Source: Octopus vulgaris (taxonomy: Eukaryota). From it: DNA of 64,000 nucleotides. The DNA lies in NCBI GenBank assembly GCA_951406725.2, contig OX597822.1, positions 56,978,001 to 57,042,000 of the forward strand. The letters are read 5' to 3'. Shown here in pieces: positions 36,698 through 49,599 of the stretch (position 1 is its first letter; each line of letters starts with the position of its first letter). The translations under genes were made by a program, and so were the position numbers. The notes under the pieces are model-generated. The model saw only the letters and a program-made list of their open reading frames with translations. It did no database searches and was not told where the DNA came from.

Positions 36698-36757
<60 letters not shown>

Positions 36758-36804
36758 TCAAAAAATACCTTAGGAATGAGAACCCAGGTTCGAAATTTCC
36801 CCAA

Positions 36805-36850
36805 GACACCGGATGAAATTTGGAGGGTATATCAGCTGAAACGTTATGTT
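36805..36850 (+). ncRNA. Mutated hammerhead (partner of 21812-21857), probably inactive
   Basis: GACAC-CGGATGA-aatttggagggtatatcagct-GAAAC-GTT-aTGTT; core U4 changed to G. Confidence 0.55.
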
Positions 36851-37239
36851 AACAACAAAGAAGATGAGGTCAAATATCCGTCAATTGTAAATAAAGTAAA
36901 TGATGTTGAATATTTTCGCCATCAGGAGGACGAAAATCGAAATTGACGTCGACATGAGTTAAACACAAAACGTAAACTGTCAGTTCAATTACAATCTAAT
37001 ATTTTGACCAACATACTAACCTAACGATTCTGATAATCTACCGCCTTACCAATAAAATGGGTAAATTCATAACAAGGTCTGGAATAGGTCTGCTATAATT
37101 AGCCTTAAATCCTAGACAAATTATTGTAACATAGCGTATAAGAAATAATGTGTAACTAACGAATACACATTCTTATACATAGACGTGCAAGCGCACATGC
37201 ATTTTAAGTCATTATTGTATTTGACAAATTTTTATTGAA

Positions 37240-38501
<1,262 letters not shown>

Positions 38502-38949
38502 ATATATGCAAATTTACATTCATGTACATTCCTGACGAGAAGATATTTTTTTTATTAAAATTGTACAATTCGATTCAAATATATACAGCGTATGTATTCT
38601 TATGTATTAATATAAAAACTTGAATTTTCAGACCTACGTTCTCAACTTATAGCCACGATTGTATACATGTGTGTGTGTGTATGTAAGTGTGTGTGTATGT
38701 GTGTGCGGGCGTAGGTGCGTGGGTGCGTGTGCGCGTTTGTGTGTACGTTTGTATGTGTGTGTATTGACTGAAGAAAGAGCACTCAGTACCATAAGAGACA
38801 ATAGTATTATTCTTATTTTGGTCAACTCAGACTCGCTACTCTTGAGTTTCGCCTGTGCGTTTATAAAGTCATTGGGGAAATTGTGTCTTTACTTGCCTAG
38901 ACTTCAGGAAAGCAAGCGGTTGACTCGAATAAAATGAAAATATTAAATA

Positions 38950-39150
38950 TATCGGTAGTGAGTGTCTGCATTCACAATCGTGGTTTCAATACCTGGACCG
39001 GATGGGCCGTTGTGTTCTTGAGCAAAATACTTAATCTCATGCTGCTCTTCAATCACTTCGACACCTGAGGTTTGGTACACCTTGTACCTATGCGGGCAAC
39101 GTAGACTGGATGGTGAGAGTGAGCTGCGGTACAACACATACACTTGATTT
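38950..39150 (+). mobile_element. Degenerate tRNA-derived SINE (related to 44420-44675)
   Basis: gtggtttcaatacctggaccgg...tgtgttcttgagcaaaatactt. Confidence 0.5.
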
Positions 39151-39424
39151 CATTATGACAACTTGGACAAGTCTCTTCTACTATAGCCTTGCGAGTAGAT
39201 CTGGTAGAAAGAGACTGAAAGAAGTATGTCGTGTGTGTGTATGTGTGTGTATTTGAGTGTGGTGTGTGTAACTAGCGGTTCGGCAAAGATACCAATAAAA
39301 TAAGTAGCAGTCTTAAAAAAAGTACCAGGGTTGATACATTCGATTAAACTCTTCAAGGTGGTGCCCCAGAATGGCCGCAGTCTAATGACTAAAACAAACA
39401 AACGAATAAAAGAATTTAAAAAAT

Positions 39425-39562
39425 ACATAGATAGATAGATACATAGATAGATGGATAGATACATAGATAGATAGATACATAGATACATGCATACATACAT
39501 ACATACATACATACATACATACATACATACATGGATAGATAGATAAATGGATAGATAGATAA

Positions 39563-39593
<31 letters not shown>

Positions 39594-39727
39594 CATACAT
39601 ACATACATACATACATACATACATACATACATACATACATACATGCATGCATGCATGCATACATACATACATACATACATACATACATACATACATACAT
39701 ACATACATACATACATACATACATACA
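39425..39727. repeat. Compound (GATA)n/(CATA)n microsatellite
   Basis: Direct inspection. Confidence 0.9.
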
Positions 39728-40899
39728 TTGGTTGAATTTAGATTTTATGGCTAGCTTTGGCTATTTCTTATATATGTATGTGCGTATATATGTACATGAG
39801 TCTATGCGTATGTATGTGCATATGTGTACAAACACTTGAAGAGATTAAATCTATCTGAGCTACTATGTGTACTGGCGGAAATCAAGGATGTAAAGGTCCA
39901 ACATAAGTGTAAGGAGAATGGTAAAGAAAGCGTAACTCTTAATTTCATTTGCAATACAACTATTGTTTGTCTTTATAATTTCAGGAAAACACTCTGGCAG
40001 CATGGAACGATAAAACACTATGGCAGTATGGAACGGTTTGTATAACTGAAATACTAAGTACAGAGCATAAAGCTGGATGACAATTATGATAAATTGTACA
40101 GAAAGAAAGAAACCAATTCATAGACAATTCCGTAAAACACAAGTAGGTTTGAGAAGGCTATTTATTTATTCAAGAGTTCAAGCCACAGTTGCTGTTTTCG
40201 TTGTCGTCGTCGTTGTTATTGTTCTTCGTATTGGTGGCGGTAGTGGTGGTGGTGGTGGTGGTGATGGTGTCACTTCTCTTTTCGACGCTGTTGTTACCGT
40301 CATGTTGCTGCTGCTGTTGGTTAACTTTAGGCAGACTTGATTCGGCTATTAACCAAGCACATTGTATATTTGTTATGCACTAAATTATCCAATGTGTACA
40401 GCATTAGCCAATATCGCCTTCTATTTTAGACTATAAGAGGGCCTTTCATGGAGATGTTATTGATATTTCTAGCAAGAAAATTAACAATGTAGAGGTTCTA
40501 TCGTTGGTTCGAGAAGCTTCCTCGTTTATAGCCGTATGGAAACCTGGTGGAAACTTCACAAGACAGTGACTTTAATGACAAACTGTTTGAGGAGATATCA
40601 ACCTTATATGAGATACTGTTAAATGCTGACTGCAGGAAAAATAATGGAAATGTGTCATAGTTCATGTGAGTAGCTGCAAAATGTTATCCGCAAGAATTCC
40701 ATAGAGTCATGACAAAATATTCTCCAATCTTTTTATGGAATGTATGTGGATTATTACTAGTTGGCAGTACGTATATACCAAATCGCAATATCAATGAGTA
40801 AAATATGGTTGTTTAGATTCAACTGTCCGTCACATACTAGCTGAATGTTCCATACTGTGCGAGTCAGAAAACATCTGAACATATGAGTGGCCTGCAGTA

Positions 40900-41620
40900 T
40901 GTGCTAACAATGATTTTTCTGCCTTACTCGCAATCAACTTAGGTATTACCCAGGGTTCGGTTCTGCTCTTTACTTTTTTCTCCTAGACATTAATAACCTA
41001 CTGCCGCCACATCCAACATAGCCCATTCATATACCGATGTTATGTCCCTTCATTCCTTCCTAATGTTTCCAAACTGCGTACTGTCTACAAACAGCTTAGC
41101 ACCACATGCTAAAGTTTTCGATGGAAACCTTGAGAGCATTCTCCACTGCGGCCATTCCAACCTTGTCACATTTAACAACAAATGAACTCAAGTTCGACTC
41201 ATATCAGAACGAAAATCTACAATATCTCACCCCTTCTAAACATGAACGTCATAGAGATGTCACAATCACTCCCGAAGTTGGGCCACATAATCCTCGAGAA
41301 TCTCTCCTGGTAGAAGCATATCCCCAACATAGTTAGGATCACATCCCAAAAGCCAATCCTTTGATCGAGTATTGCTCCTGCATCTGGGACGGCGCTACTG
41401 CTACTACGTACATAAACATACTAATCATATCCAGAGAAACCCCACTCGGCTGACTGGCTTCCAATTACTAGTTAACACACTCTCATCTATCTCCTCTCTA
41501 TATTTTCTATTGCTACTATAATGGTTCCCGAATTTGGTTCGTCTGGTACATCACTCAGCCCCCACCCCCGTCTCATTCGTTTCCCCACTTCTCGGAATCT
41601 ACAGTGCGTCCACTTACGTT
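40900..41620 (+). mobile_element. Highly degenerate CR1/Jockey-group LINE RT 3' fragment
   Basis: GITQGSVL, INNL, HSYTDV, EYCSCIWDGA remnants. Confidence 0.5.
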
Positions 41621-42035
41621 TTTCCTATACTAATCTCTGTATCCGATCCTTTTACAGTATTAATATTTCAAAGAAACTGTGATGTAAAATACAAATTCAG
41701 TGATTATCTGGGATATGCAGATATCAAGAGATAAGGGAAAAGCTGAAAGTGATTAGTTCTCCTACGCGAACTGATGTTATCTTTTTTGTGTATGAATGAG
41801 GAACAAAGTACTCGAAAACAGTTGTAGAATATACAGAATTTCTTTCTTATAACTCATGTTTCACGACTGACAATCACTATTGGCCTGAAACTTAAGTCTC
41901 TAGAAAACAAATTCAATATCAAAATGGATTTGACACTATAGTTAAAACTATTAAGAGATATTTAAGTTGATGCTCGACTATTTATGAATGATTATACATA
42001 AAATAACCCACATTAATGCATACATACAGACATTC

Positions 42036-42117
<82 letters not shown>

Positions 42118-43145
42118 TGTACACATACACACACACACACAATTACTATTAAATATAATATATTCGAGAGGAAATAGATGTCCTATATTTATGTAATTTT
42201 TAATGATTGCTGAATTCTGATGTAACTACTTCAAAAACTACTTTAATTCAATATCCCTTCTGGTTAACTAACCACTAAATTTTACATATTAATAGAAAAC
42301 ATTAATATCATTATTTCTACAAGATGCCTCTCAATGAAACAAATATAGAACGTAAATGTATGAGATATGTTAAAATTAACAACGAATCAAAAATGTAATA
42401 ATAGAAACAGAAATCAATATATTCGTTTTCTTAGTGTTACTGTTAATGTCAATTATATTTGTATAAATATGTGTTTATATGTTTGTATACATACTTGTAA
42501 AAAATATGAAGAGAAACTTTCTCTGAATTTATATAAAGTCGACTAAAAGTAAAACGATACAAGTAGTTGTAAATTTATTTGATAAAGATACATCTTATGA
42601 AGATATGTACGATTTCTACAAGAGCGACAAACTTATTGAATGCCCGAATGCAGTAAACTTTAGATATTTAAGAGTTATTTAAAATATTCACAAAATTTAC
42701 ACACACACATTTTCTGCTGTTACATATGTGTATCTTAGAAATGTCATATTTATTCTTCTATACTTATGTTTGTTAGTTCCAGTGATTACAAAATGCTCAT
42801 ACAATGCCAAATGATTTTAAATTCTTTACTGATAGAGTGTTCAGCATTTCTAATACGATAATGGGCTATGTGGCTCATCTAAGGGAGCTATGCGGTATAT
42901 CTTTTATTTTTTATCTGTTTCAGTCTCCGCTTTGAACAGTTTAGTCGAATAAGTCGACTCCCACTACTTATACTTTCAAACATAGTACTATTTTCTATCG
43001 GTTCTCTTTTGCTGAACCGCCTTGTTAGGAAGATGCAAACAAACAAACACCGGTTGTCAAGCGATGAGGGAGGACAAACGCAATGCAAACATAGATACAC
43101 AGGCACACACCTACACACATATATATATACATATATATATAAATA

Positions 43146-43199
<54 letters not shown>

Positions 43200-43278
43200 T
43201 TTTTCGAAATCAGTAGCGGAAGTTACTAGAAAAACACTTAAGTATTTGCATACAGGTCTTCCTTTTCATCGTAAACCG

Positions 43279-43336
43279 GTGATTACCGCCCGTTGACAAG
43301 ATGCAACTACCTCGAAACTGCGGTCCGTGCGTATCA
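43279..43336 (+). ncRNA. Degenerate type I hammerhead in a short insert between (TA)n tracts (43197-43492)
   Basis: gtgattaccgcccg-TTGACAA-gatgcaactacctc-GAAAC-tgcg-GTC-cgtgcgtatcac; extended imperfect stem I. Confidence 0.5.
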
Positions 43337-43675
43337 CTTAGGCTTACGAGAGAGGGATGACCTCCCTTTGCAAATTCCATAAGGGCACAGATAGTGTGCT
43401 TAAAACCAGCTGGAGACGATGATCTCCTAGGGCTAAAAGCTACAGTAACACCTACCCTTTGTGGTTAGCCATATTGAGATGGCTATCATACTTTATATAT
43501 ATATATATATGTCTGTATGAGTTAGCGGTTAAAAAACCATCTAAAGGATATTAAATATCCAATACACTACTGGATGTGTACCTACGTATTTTAACCAAGT
43601 GCTTACTATTGCATGGCAATACCGCAATTGAATGCAAGGTATGGGTGGGGGTAAATTGGAAATTTACCCAGGATT

Positions 43676-43830
43676 TATAAGGCAAAAAAGAAAATGGAGA
43701 AGGTAGGCAATCGACAAACATCAGCCAGTAAACATTAGCCAGTAATCAATTAATGAATAGATATAATTGATTGTTTACTGGCTGTTGTTTGTCGATTGTA
43801 TATCCTCTCCATTTTCTTATTTGCCTTATA
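43676..43830. repeat. Imperfect inverted repeat, ~60-bp arms
   Basis: tataaggcaaa...cagccagtaaaca / tgtttactggctg...tttgccttata. Confidence 0.8.
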
Positions 43831-44419
43831 TATATATATATACATGTATATACGATGGACTTCTTTCAGTTTCCGTCAACCAAAGTCATTCAAAAGGCTT
43901 TGACGAACCGGGACTATAATAGGAAACGCCGTGGGACTCGACCTAAGACCATGTAGCAAGCTTCTTAACCACATAGTATACTGGCACTTACATTTACTGA
44001 TATTTAGTTCTCTTATAGCGTGTCAAAAGTCAATGGAAATGTGGAAAAAGGAAGCAACCGCATATAATTAAAGATATGTTAATCGAATACCACTAGGGCA
44101 CAATGGACTTCAAGTTTAGACCTTTTGGGTCTCCATCTTGGTTGGGAATCGTGGAAAATCAGGCAGATGTATTGTCATGTCCGTTTGAATTTATTCAGTC
44201 AGGTATTTATTCGTAAGGATTTCAAGAGGCTTTGCCTAAACGAACTTCAGTACATAGCGCAGTGATGTACAACAATACATTGTGCTGAATGTTAAGACGA
44301 GTCGTACACCAGTGAAAATACATTATTTCTGGAATTTGTTTCTAGACCTCTGTTGGGGACTACAATTTGTGGGTCTTAAGTTAAATATCTGAAACCAGAA
44401 GCTCGGAGAAATAATTTTT

Positions 44420-44675
44420 TTTTTAACGTTACCTTTTCCAGTCATGCTGACTCATAAGGGCCGGTTTCGCAGTTTCTATGGCGTATAAATTCTCCACCTA
44501 GATGGGATACCGTTCCATCGAAGGATTACTCATGTTGCCAGCTGACTAGACTGGAGCAACGTGAAATGAAATGTTTTGCCCAAGAACACAAAGAGTCACC
44601 CGGTCCAGGAATCGAAACCACTGTCTTACGATCAGGAGTCCAATGCCCTAATCACCAAGCCACGCGCTTCCACAA
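44420..44675 (-). mobile_element. tRNA-derived SINE with V-domain-like core
   Basis: Minus strand: gcgtggcttggtgattagggcattggactcctgatcg...ggtttcgattcc...cgatggaacggtatcccatctagg. Confidence 0.6.
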
Positions 44676-45178
44676 ACTCGGATAAATGGGTAAACATGAA
44701 TGGATTTATAGGGAAGACGAAGCAGGATTTCTGCTTCTGTAAATCAGTAAATTTGCCTAGGAAATTATTAAGCAGTTTCTGTAAATTATTTTTGTCTTCT
44801 CCCAACTTGTGGTCTATATCGCTCATTCCCTAATGAGATTAGAAAGTTACTGAAACTTCTCAACAATATGTATCAGCTAAAACTTATTTCATTCTGAACG
44901 ATAAAAACTATCCAAGATCAGAAATAATTTTATCTTCCACTGGAATGCCAAACTGAGAATTCGTAGATTATTCATCAGTTATGATTTCGCATCCATTCAT
45001 CATTTTCTTGTTGAAGATAGGATCTGAACAGATCAACAAATCTGCTGAGTTGGATGGAAGAAAATTCATTACATAATCATTTTGCAATTTGCTAGCAATA
45101 TCAGTACAGACTACGGAGATACACTTCTCTATAGTATCGCAAAATTGGTTTCTATGATAATAGTCAATGATGTATATA

Positions 45179-45655
45179 TACGAGGTGGTATCAAAAGTTT
45201 CCCAGACTAGTTCTGTAGCGCGCCAACAGACAGCAGCATACGGTTGCTCGCGCAGTGAGAGCTCTCAGTGACCTTCATGAGACCGTATGCCGAGTGACAT
45301 TATGGTTTTGCGATCTCGTGTATGCTGTAGTCTGCGATTTTGCCATGGACAGAAGGTTGGAACAAAGAGCCAGTGAAATTTTGCGTCAAAATTAGGAAGT
45401 CTGCTACTGAGACACTGAGCATACTTCGGCAAAATTTCGAAGATGCGGCAATGGATCGTGCGAGTGGTATGAGTGCTTCAAAGGCGGAAGAACTTATCTG
45501 AAAGACGGCGAGCGATCTGAAAGACTTGCCACGAGCGTCACACCCCGAAATGTGGAGAAAATTCATCAGCTTGTGCCTGAGGCTCGTTGGAGGACAATCA
45601 ATGACATTGCTGATGTTGTTGGTCTGTCACATGGGTCCGTGCAGGCACAGCCAAC
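45179..45655 (+). mobile_element. Mariner 5' fragment
   Basis: TA-CGAGG..TCAAAAGTT TIR; EQRASVKFCVKIRKSATETL-like N-terminal HTH; WRTINDIADVVGLSHGSVQ. Confidence 0.75.
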
Positions 45656-45789
45656 TTATTTTCATTATTTTTTATTGCAGTGGATATTCATACGGAAAGT
45701 TGTATTTTTTGTGTGTGATTTGCTTTTTTGGTCCTCTTGAGAAGTTTTCCCAGTGCACTGGTAATCATCACTGTATCTCAGACAGAAGT

Positions 45790-46330
45790 TCTAGTGTTCA
45801 CGAATGATAGAAAACAGGAAGCCGGATTAGATGCTTGAATTGCAGATGCTAGCACAGTAATGTACCAATCTAGCATTCGATCCTCAGAAGAGATGTTGGT
45901 AAAAAAGCCAAACTTGCTATCTTCAATTCGGTTTTCAGATATGGTCATGAATACTTGGTAATGACCGAAAGGGTACGATCGCAAATATAAAGAGCCGAAT
46001 GGAGTAACGTTACTTGATAGAGTGTGTAGCTTGGAGATCAGGGAGTCTCTCAAAGTCGAGCTGCTAGTCCTCCGCCTTTAGAAGTTACAGCTCCGATACT
46101 ACGGACATGTGATTAGAATGTCTCAGGAAAGAATCGCAAGACAGGTCCTCCAAGCTGAGCCAACCAGAAGGAGATCTAAGGGTAGACTAAGAATGAGGTG
46201 GTTCATTAATATCCTTAATCTAAGTTGATCACGCTTGAGAATCCAGTCGGAAAGTGTAATGATAGTTGCTTCTCATACAACCCTATGAAGAAAGAATTTG
46301 AAGTCTCTACCCCCACAACGCTCGTAGGAA
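45790..46330 (+). mobile_element. RTE-clade LINE 3' fragment
   Basis: GVTLLDRVCSLEIRESLKVE...LRYYGHVIRMSQERIARQVL....RRRSKGRLRMRW. Confidence 0.7.
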
Positions 46331-49184
46331 TAATAGGTGAAGAAGACGAATTTACTTCATAGGGACAGTATAGTGACATTATTAGCTTCATAGTGACATT
46401 CATAGAGACATTGTAGTGACGTTATAATGATATTATTGGATTTGTAATACCTGACATAAGGCAGATAAGGTACATAGGCTTAGTTCTTCTAACGGCGAAT
46501 GGATAACTTCCAATTCTAGTTTAAAATTCGCTATTATTTTTATAGTTTCATTTATTAGCATTTTTGAAGTCAAACTTTTCCAGTATTTACACGGATACTT
46601 GCAGACAAAACGTATATCTGAAATTTACCAATAAGGTCTACCCCCACCAATTTATGCAATTTATGTATAACTTTCCATCATTTAAAGCTATTTCACTATT
46701 TATTTCAGGTATTGAGTAAGTATCTTGATGTAAGATATTTCACAATTTTTGTTAGATCTTTATAACGTATTTCAGTATTTTTTCTGTAGCAATTTTCCTT
46801 GAAAATGTTTAACGGAAAATTGTTCCCGGATAAGTGACTGCAAGTATAACATTTGTTGAAGGAACTTTTGCTTCTGTGGTAGACCGCGTACTGGTCTTGT
46901 TACTGATGTTGCTTCTGTTGCTGCTGCCGCCGTTTTTGTTGTCGAATTTACAGTTCTTAACTGTAGGTCAGCTTTGATAGACCACGCTAATGATCAAAAG
47001 CATTGCAATGATGATCATAACCCAATGTATCCTTCTCGAAGAGGGTACTGACCAGTTATGCCTAGCAGGGGAAGTAACTACAAAGAAGTAGCTTTAACGC
47101 AAAAACAAGTACTGAAGTTCAGGGACTTTTTTTTATTATTAATATTGAGCTAGCAGAATTGAAGTTTGAACTGGCCATCATCTGAACTTGTTGAGGTTAG
47201 AATTTTGAACCAAAAGCTTGAACCGCAAATTCATTTAAAATTTGGCGTACGAGAAATAAGTATTCTGCTGCATAATTGACAGATGAAAGAAAATGGGATT
47301 ATAAGATTAAGATTTATTTTTGTTATTTTTGCATCGAGTTTTCAAGCAGGAAATTAATAAATGTTTTTAATTAAATTTTAGGTCAAAAGAAGTAATTTAC
47401 ATATCTTCTTTATTTAATTGCAAATATCTTAGTACTGTCATATAGGAGAATAGATTCTCTTCATTTTAATGCTAATATTAAAGGATTTTCGGGTCATAAA
47501 CCTAATTTTGGATGTAGATCTGAGAGAAAATATTACAGAAATAATACTCAGGAAAAGAATCATAGCCACTAATAAATTAAATGAAAGATGTGAGGAAAAC
47601 ATCTAGAAATAAACTTCTCTGCGCTTGCAAACAACACAAATAACGATTAACAAAACATTTTAGCATATTAGAGGACATCAAGTGGATTTTTTCGGGAGAA
47701 AATATTTTGAGGCGTATAAAGATCTCAACTACTACTCTTTTGAAATGAATGCATATAAATAATAAGGTTGTAAGTGTTGGATAACAGTATAATACTATTC
47801 ATTTGCTTAAATAGACCTGCACTACATTAGTAGTGCAGGTCCATTTATGCGGGAAAAGCTTGGATAGAAATATTGTTATTATATTGATGCTATCCGGAGA
47901 AAATTATTTAGAGATATTATAGCATTTGATCTCATTTTCTTTTATATTATTCAATTAAAAAGGTCGGTCAAGGAAAAAGGTATTCAGTAGCATAAATGCG
48001 TTGGGGCGCGGGTTACGGTAAAATAAAGAAATAAGGTTCAATATCCTGTATTTGAAGCTGGTTTCTGTCAAATAAGGTGTGAAGCAACACGAGAAATGTT
48101 GCAAGTGTTATTATTTGCCTGAAGTAACAGTAAATAATATTATCACAATGGTCACACATTTGATTCAGTAACGAAGTAGCAGAGCTGGAAATATTGAAAG
48201 AATTAACAATTTAGATTTTTTTCGACGCTGATTCAAATCTATGAGCGAAGATTTCATTTATATATTTCTTTTCTAAGTAACGTAACTTGCATTATTTTGT
48301 CTAGCATTTCTTCCAGCATTTTCGCATTTTTGTCGAAGTTTGGTATTAAACTGTCATTTTCAATTGATAACACCATTTCAAGGTTTTCTTTGTCGTATTG
48401 TAGTCGTTTTATAAATCAGAGCGAGCATAGCTCACTGAGGGTTTGCCATCACAGTTGAACAGTTGATGGCAGGTGTTCAAAGTTACAGGAAATGAGAAAG
48501 AGGAAGTGAGAAAGTGGGAAACTGAGTAAAGGAAAAAGACGAAAGAAGACAGAGAAAAGAGTACAAAACGAAAACAAGAAAGTGGTAATAATTGCAAGAA
48601 TGGAGAGAAGATGTAGCGATGAAAGGAGGTAGAGAAATAGTGGAATGAAAAGTGTGTGTGAGAGAGAAAGCGAGAGCGAGAGGGAAATAGTGACATGAAA
48701 ATGTTTATATCAAGTTTAAAAATATGTCATTTTCTTCCCCTTCTTAACATTCAATGCTTCATTATAAACATTCAACTAACAAACGACACCGCGTTAAACT
48801 GAGACCTGGCCAACGCATAGCGATAATAAAAGAAATGCCATGTTTCTAATAATGGCAAAAATTATTTGACAATATAGCAAGAACAACTAAAAATATGTCA
48901 TAAAAAAAACTAGCGGAATTTAGAAAATACCAAATATCATTATCATTATGTTGTATTTATATACTTAACATGATCCACGCGTTAGTTCAAAGGTTATGTC
49001 TGAATAATTAGATCCATAGAGAATATGGCCTTAATTAATAATAATATTCACCCAACTCTAAACGTCAATTTTAACTGCTACTCATAAGTTTATTTTTTAG
49101 CAGTATATATTATATGCACACACCTCTAATAGAAATGTATTTTGACACACTTATTCTGATACGTTATTATTTATTCAGTTCTAA

Positions 49185-49585
49185 AGACGGCACGCCAGCA
49201 GAATCGTTAGCACTCCGGACAAAATGCTTAACGGTATTTCGTCTGCCGCTACGTTCTGAGTTCAAATTCCGCCGAGGTCGACTGTGCCTTTCATCCTTTC
49301 GGTGTCGATTAAATAAGTACCAGTTACGTACTGGAGCCGATCTAATCGACTTAATCCGTTTGTCTGTCCTTGTTTGTCCTCTCTGTGTTTAGCCCCTAGT
49401 GGATAGTAAAATAGTAGGTATTTCGTCTGCCGCTACGTTCTGAATTCAAATTACGCCGAGGTCGACTTTGCTTTCTACTTTTTGGGGTCGATGAAATAAG
49501 TACCAGTAGACGATTGGGGCTGGTACAAGTGGCTCTCCTCTTGCCCACAAAATTTCAGGCCTTATACCTATAGCTGAAAGGATTA
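49185..49585 (+). mobile_element. Two adjacent tRNA-derived SINE copies (second lacks the 5' start)
   Basis: ggtatttcgtctgccgctacgttctga.ttcaaatt.cgccgaggtcgact occurs twice. Confidence 0.8.
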
Positions 49586-49599
49586 TTATTATTATTATT

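Larger units (their letters stand above)
21713..36917. mobile_element. Head-to-head palindromic tRNA-head/(AAT)n/hammerhead element with 12-bp target-site duplication, hosting nested Dong and two Tx1 insertions
   Basis: TTGAATATTTTC at 21713-21724 and 36906-36917; arms ~21756-21908 and ~36754-36905 are reverse complements; inverted tRNA-like heads at 24715-24857. Confidence 0.8.

Noticed and set aside
39986-40037. 26-bp tandem duplicate after an acceptor-like tttcag
   Set aside because: No convincing donor or coding signal; ordinary local duplication
44632-44826. 64-aa ORF as a host exon
   Set aside because: FLGKFTDL...FPINPF resembles a hAT transposase C-terminal remnant
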